This document shows, piece after piece, positions 59,166 to 64,000 of a DNA stretch of 64,000 nucleotides. A program made the position numbers and the translations under genes. The stretch is from contig JBDOQK010000021.1 of the NCBI GenBank assembly GCA_040437565.1, positions 372,001 through 436,000 on the forward strand. Reading direction: 5' to 3'. The notes under the pieces are model-generated. The model was not told where the DNA came from and searched no databases. It saw only the letters and a list, made by a program, of their open reading frames with translations. Origin of the DNA: Albugo candida (lineage: Eukaryota). Each line of letters opens with the position of its first letter. Within the stretch, counting starts at the first letter, position 1.

Positions 59166-59685
59166 TTGCAATTTCACATCCATCAAAAACTGCGTATTTT
59201 CATGCGGCACTGGGTTGCTTGAACTCCTGTGGTTGCACATTGTTGTAATGACTTCACGATAGCACATTGTGACGCTCCAACCGGCAACTTATTTACTGTT
59301 CTGTGCTTTTCACAAATGCAACAATCCGGAAACGTGGATAGCACATTCGAATTAATTTATTGTAAATAATGGCTTTGCCACAGCACTCTAGCAGAGTTTT
59401 TTATCCAGTGTTGCCTTGTGAATCGCATCATGCGTCAAGTTTGACTGGTTGTGACTGAGTTTTTTCACAAGTCTGAGCTCGCGCCGTATGAAATCAAAAT
59501 GAGCTATACGCTTACATCTGAGTGATAACTACACATGGATACTTCCACTAAAGCCAAACTTCGATCATATTGCAACGTGGTTGTGTTGACTCTATGTATT
59601 TCTCCAATAAGCTTGTTCCCCGATGTTCACCCCACATTTCCACCATACTTGACGCATTGGTCCCTGCATATATTTGATAAAGAAA

Positions 59686-62600
59686 GGAGCCTTTAGTATC
59701 CACTCACCCTCTTGATAGTATAGTGCAAGTCATCTATAACCTGTAATTATTCTTTTTTGCGGCCAAAATTGAAGAATCATCGAACATAAACCGTCAACGA
59801 ATATAATTGACGTAATTCAACCCCCCCAATACCATTCCAACAGCTTTTTCCCCAATCACATTTAATTTTGATACCAACCATCCTGCTCATTTGACAACAA
59901 AACAGATTCTTTTTTTTTCTGCCAGCCCATTGATCTAAGCAGCATGCCTCGAACATCAAAACAGCTACGCACATGAAAGCTATGCGGGCTGCTTATGAGA
60001 CGAAAAAAGCCGGAAATATATCAAGTTCAACTATCGAAAATAGGAGCGATATAAAGGCGGATTAGAAGTTGAATTCGAGGATTTTGAGGAAGAGCAAACA
60101 AACGCTATTATTGTGAGTATTGAGACTGCTTGTAAACGGCCTTCTCGGTACCTTGGAGATTTCGACAGAACGAAGCGGCGCAAAAGAGCAGCGCAGGAAA
60201 AGTAGCTATTGGTTCAAGAAAGCTAGAGACATACTTCAAGGCGAAAGCCACACAGCGTCAGCCTATAGACACTGAAAGCGAGGACTCGATAGATGAAAGA
60301 CCTCTTTATTCTCACAACAATCTACAAAGAGCGCTTGTGAAACTGGGGAAAAAATGAATCACAGGAGGAGATTATGCGGCTGCGTCTTGCCTCTGTTGCA
60401 GGATACTTCAGGCTTATACTCTGCGGCATTGAAGTATAGTTAATTCATTTGCACATTCTCTAGCGCAATTTTATTTTATTTATTAACGGTCTATCGTGAT
60501 TGCAAAGTAGAGAGTTGCTGCCTCGCAAATAATTGCGGCAGCGAACGGAAAAGGGCGTTGGTTTGCCGAGATGCTCCGTGGCTGGGGACGTTCATATCTT
60601 GAAACTGGTTTTATTCCCGAGAGCAAGCAGGGAAAGCATGGTAAAACAATCAGTTTATCAGAGGATGAAGATGTCATTGCAGATGTGCAGCTTTACCTTC
60701 GGAACAATAAAATCTGCAAAGTACCAACGGATTTTATCAAGCATGTCAAAGAGCAAATACTTCCAAAAACTGATCCCGCCGCATCTATCCAGACCAGCAC
60801 TGCGACTCCCTGGATGAAGTTACTTGGCCAGAGGTGAAGAAAGGCATGTACGCTGATGGCCATGAACGAGCAGATGTCGTGGCATATCGTACTCAGTTTT
60901 TGGAACTAATGAGAATCTAGGAGCCATTTATGCCGGAATTCGTTGGGCCAGAAATGGAATCGGAGATTTGGCCTGCCAGAGATGCCATCATTCTAGTGAC
61001 GCATGATGAAAGCACATTTGCCGCCCATGATGGCCAGAAGAAGCTATGACTCCCTGATGGCGAACAGGCACTGCGGAAGAAGGGGCTGGAAGATCGATAC
61101 ATATCAGCGAATTCCTGACTGATGTTGCTAAGTCTATTATTTTAGAGTTTTTCGCTCATTACTTTGATCAAGAGGTAACATTTTCTGTCTTATTCAACGG
61201 GGTCGACTAGCTTTGAGCAAAGAAAAGAAGCTTCAACATAGCAATCTTCTAGAAGAGGCCTGCATAATCACATGTTCCGGCAAGAACTATGATGGTTGGT
61301 GGACTGCGGAAGGACTTCATAAGCAATTCCGGGATGCTGCGATTACCATTTTCGATGCGCAGTTTTCCAATGCAAAAGCTATCTTCGCTTTCGACAATGC
61401 GACTTGCCACGCAGCATTTGCTGAAGATGCTCTCGTATATCAACGGATGAATCTTGGACCGGGAGGAAAGCAACCGGTGATGCGGAATGGAATGTTTGGA
61501 GATGGGACATCGCAATCCATGGTATTCCCCGCAGACCATCCTCTTGCCGGGCAATCAAAGGGCATATAGATTGTTCTTCAGGAACGCAACCTCTGGACGA
61601 CACACCTTCGCCTGAATTGCCGGGGTAAATGGGGTGACACAGGTATCTGCTGCGGCCGCAGTGTTATTCAGAACCAGCGAGACTTTAAAGCTCAAAAAAT
61701 GGTTTGTTGGAAGAGACAATCACCGCGGCGGGCCATCTCATCATATTTACCCCAAATTTCATTGCGAATTTAATTCTATAGAAGTATTTGGGGGGAAGCA
61801 AAACAATACACAAGAAAAATTGCGATTACACATGGAAAGGATTGGTCGCGGCAGTTCCGAACGCACTTGCCTCAGTTTCGCTCGCAACAATCCGTCACCA
61901 CGCTAAAAAGTGCTTCCTTTATATGGATGTGTACGGAAAGATTTAAACGGAAAAGCCGCGGAATATGCTATGAAAAAGTACCGATCACATGGAAGAGTTC
62001 CAGACTCAGTTCACACAGACAGCAATGCTTTAGTAGCTACTGTATGAAGCTGTAAGCATGATATGAAGATAATATATTACATTTGTACTCAAACCCCAAA
62101 CCCTAAACCCTAATTTGCCTACTGATGGCGGCCAGATTTAACGCTTTGATAGGAAATACTAGCTATCTAGAAGAACAAGGCAACTTTTAGAGCCTTATAA
62201 ATTATCCAAAAATCATCCAATCTGAAATCCAAGCCTTTTGTTTTGAAGCGCTAGACTGTATCTATCATATAAAATCTCTGGTTTTGTTATGCGATAATTT
62301 ATGCTTGAAGAGTAGTGAATTTACTAAGGCCTAAAAAGTTACAAGTTATAGGTGACGTGTACTGTATTCACTCACCACGCTCAATTTTATTGGCTTAAAT
62401 TCATCAATAATCATCACTCAATTCAACTACACCTCGCCACACCCGCACTATAAATTAAATTCAACATATTTACCTTGTACACTTAGCACATAACCATAGA
62501 ATTTGCTTTGATATGTATATTACAAATTGTGCTTTTATTTAGGACGTTAAGTCTGCAATTATAAACACAACGTTTAGGAAATTATGAAAAAGCTATTCTT

Positions 62601-62866
62601 AAAATTAAAAAATAACAATCTTAGCTTTTTTCAGTGAGTACTCGCGATATAAGAGATTGGCTGATTGATCTAGAAAGCTGAGAATCTGGATTTTTTTCTT
62701 TCGAGTGAATCGAATGGTACTTAGTCGAGTGAATTGTGGTTGTGAGTTGAGTGGTAGTAGTTGTTACAAGTAAGTGAATACTGTATTGATTTCGGTCTAA
62801 AGTCAAATTGAGTGAATATTAGCCAATGAAGTGTGGGGGTGGGGTGAGTGAATACTAACGGCTCCC
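59686..62866. mobile_element. Non-autonomous TIR element (MITE, about 535 bp, possibly Mutator-like) split by the Tc1/mariner insertion
   Basis: Left end GGAGCCTTTAGTATCCACTCACCC (59686) versus the reverse complement of the right end GGGAGCCGTTAGTATTCACTCACCC (62866). Flanks TAAAGAAA / TAGAGAAA look like a TSD. Confidence 0.75.
59721..62364 (+). mobile_element. IS630/Tc1/mariner-superfamily DNA transposon with decayed transposase (about 59970-62030)
   Basis: 27 bp imperfect TIRs (TAGTGCAAGTCATCTATAACCTGTAAT / rc CAGTACACGTCACCTATAACTTGTAAC) and TA on both sides. Transposase motifs YADGHERADVV.YR, THDES, GKNYDGWW, FDNATCH and YPKFHCEFNSIE with stops and frameshifts. Confidence 0.9.
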
Positions 62867-64000
62867 TAGAGAAATCGCCCGGTTCCATCAAGCTCGGTTT
62901 TTCGGTAATGTGGTCAAAATCGATTTCTTATAAGATAAATCAACAAATTCATTGTCTTCCAACATGTGTCAACAATATGTGGTAAAGTCGCCCAATTCCG
63001 TTCGAGTAGTTCGCGGGCATTTTAAAGCTGAAATTTCCCTTTACATGCGGTAATTGCTCCGCAACCTCCTTGCTTCAACTCTGCTCAATTTGTCGGTCAG
63101 GTACGGAAAAGAATGTTTCACTTATTGTATCTACGCATTTAAATAATTAATCAAAGAGATGATCATAGAACGGCAATTTCTACCTTTTGCAGTAACTTGC
63201 AAATGCGAAGATGTATTTTGCGAAGAATGAAAAGGATGTATAAACTCAGGGTTTCAACATGAATTTGCGAAAGAGGAGAAGTATTCTCCATCCATCCCTT
63301 CTTTGTAGCGTGGAAAAATTCAGTCAGAGCTTCCGGTGAGAGATCGTCACATTTGTAAAGGCCGTCGAGCGGTACCGCATCAAACAGCAATAGTCCCATT
63401 GAAACCCATTATTTGAAGGCGCACTTTGAAATGGAGTGTATTTGTGCTCAATGATACTGAGCGGATGGTTCTTTTGCAGTCCTCCCGACTCATTGCATCT
63501 GAGCGTCGTCTCTTATGCATATCACTGCCATTCACGCGTCTTACCGGCGAATGTAAAAAGATATCATATCGACGCTGATGCAAGTTTTTTTGATTTATCA
63601 CAAAAATAAAGGTCGAAGTTCTACTTTCATTGACGATCATTCGCCTGCTCTTGCTTGTGTATGACAGTTTAGCATGAAGCTCATTGATCTATAAACAATG
63701 CAATAGCTATTTTATACGTTACCTGCTTTTTGGTGTACTTCCAACGTACTAGCGGGATGTCTTCTCCATATCTACATGAAAGAATCATACCATCACCTCG
63801 GTCAATGGATCGATCAATCCAATAAGATACTGACTCATTCTCTGATGTAAACCGACTCGTAAGTCTCACTCCCTACATGGTTGTGTTTACGATTTGATGG
63901 CTCGTATGACATGGAAAGCACTTACGCGTCCATTGCAGCATACTAAATTCGTGCGGATAAAGTAGTCGTTGAATAACTCCTTTTCATCATTTGCAATACT

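Noticed and set aside
1-64000. CRISPR arrays, rRNA, tRNA or a bacterial operon (prompted by smpB)
   Set aside because: No repeat-spacer array or structured RNA gene was recognised by eye. smpB has a spliceosomal intron and eukaryotic neighbours, so it is not contamination.

Overview
This is eukaryotic oomycete DNA with compact, intron-poor genes and short GT-AG introns. It is most consistent with an Albugo-like biotroph, which is an inference. The assembly is a draft with thirteen 100-N gaps, nine of them flanked by duplicated overlaps that inflate several ORFs. Bases 1-20 kb are gene-dense: a GH17 glucanase, condensin II CAP-H2, an MFS sugar porter, an OSCA/TMEM63-like channel, an oomycete multi-TM protein, a divergent AA17-type LPMO and a secreted 2OG-Fe(II) dioxygenase-like protein. 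Bases 20-25 kb hold five housekeeping genes (RBMX2, WRAP53, ABHD13, CTNNBL1, HIG1-domain) that are all disrupted. Bases 39-46 kb hold KRE6/SKN1, TMEM267, a nuclear intron-containing mitochondrial SmpB, a cytochrome P450 and a secreted protein. The rest is gene-sparse, with a LINE relic, MITEs and a Tc1/mariner element nested inside a MITE. The most interesting signal is a dispersed family of five highly diverged ~110-120 aa secreted proteins. They share a V-x-[IL]-[DI]-x-C-S-[CS]-x-x-P motif, may have a cystatin-like topology, and four of the five share an upstream CATAGARCAC element. I do not recognise this family.
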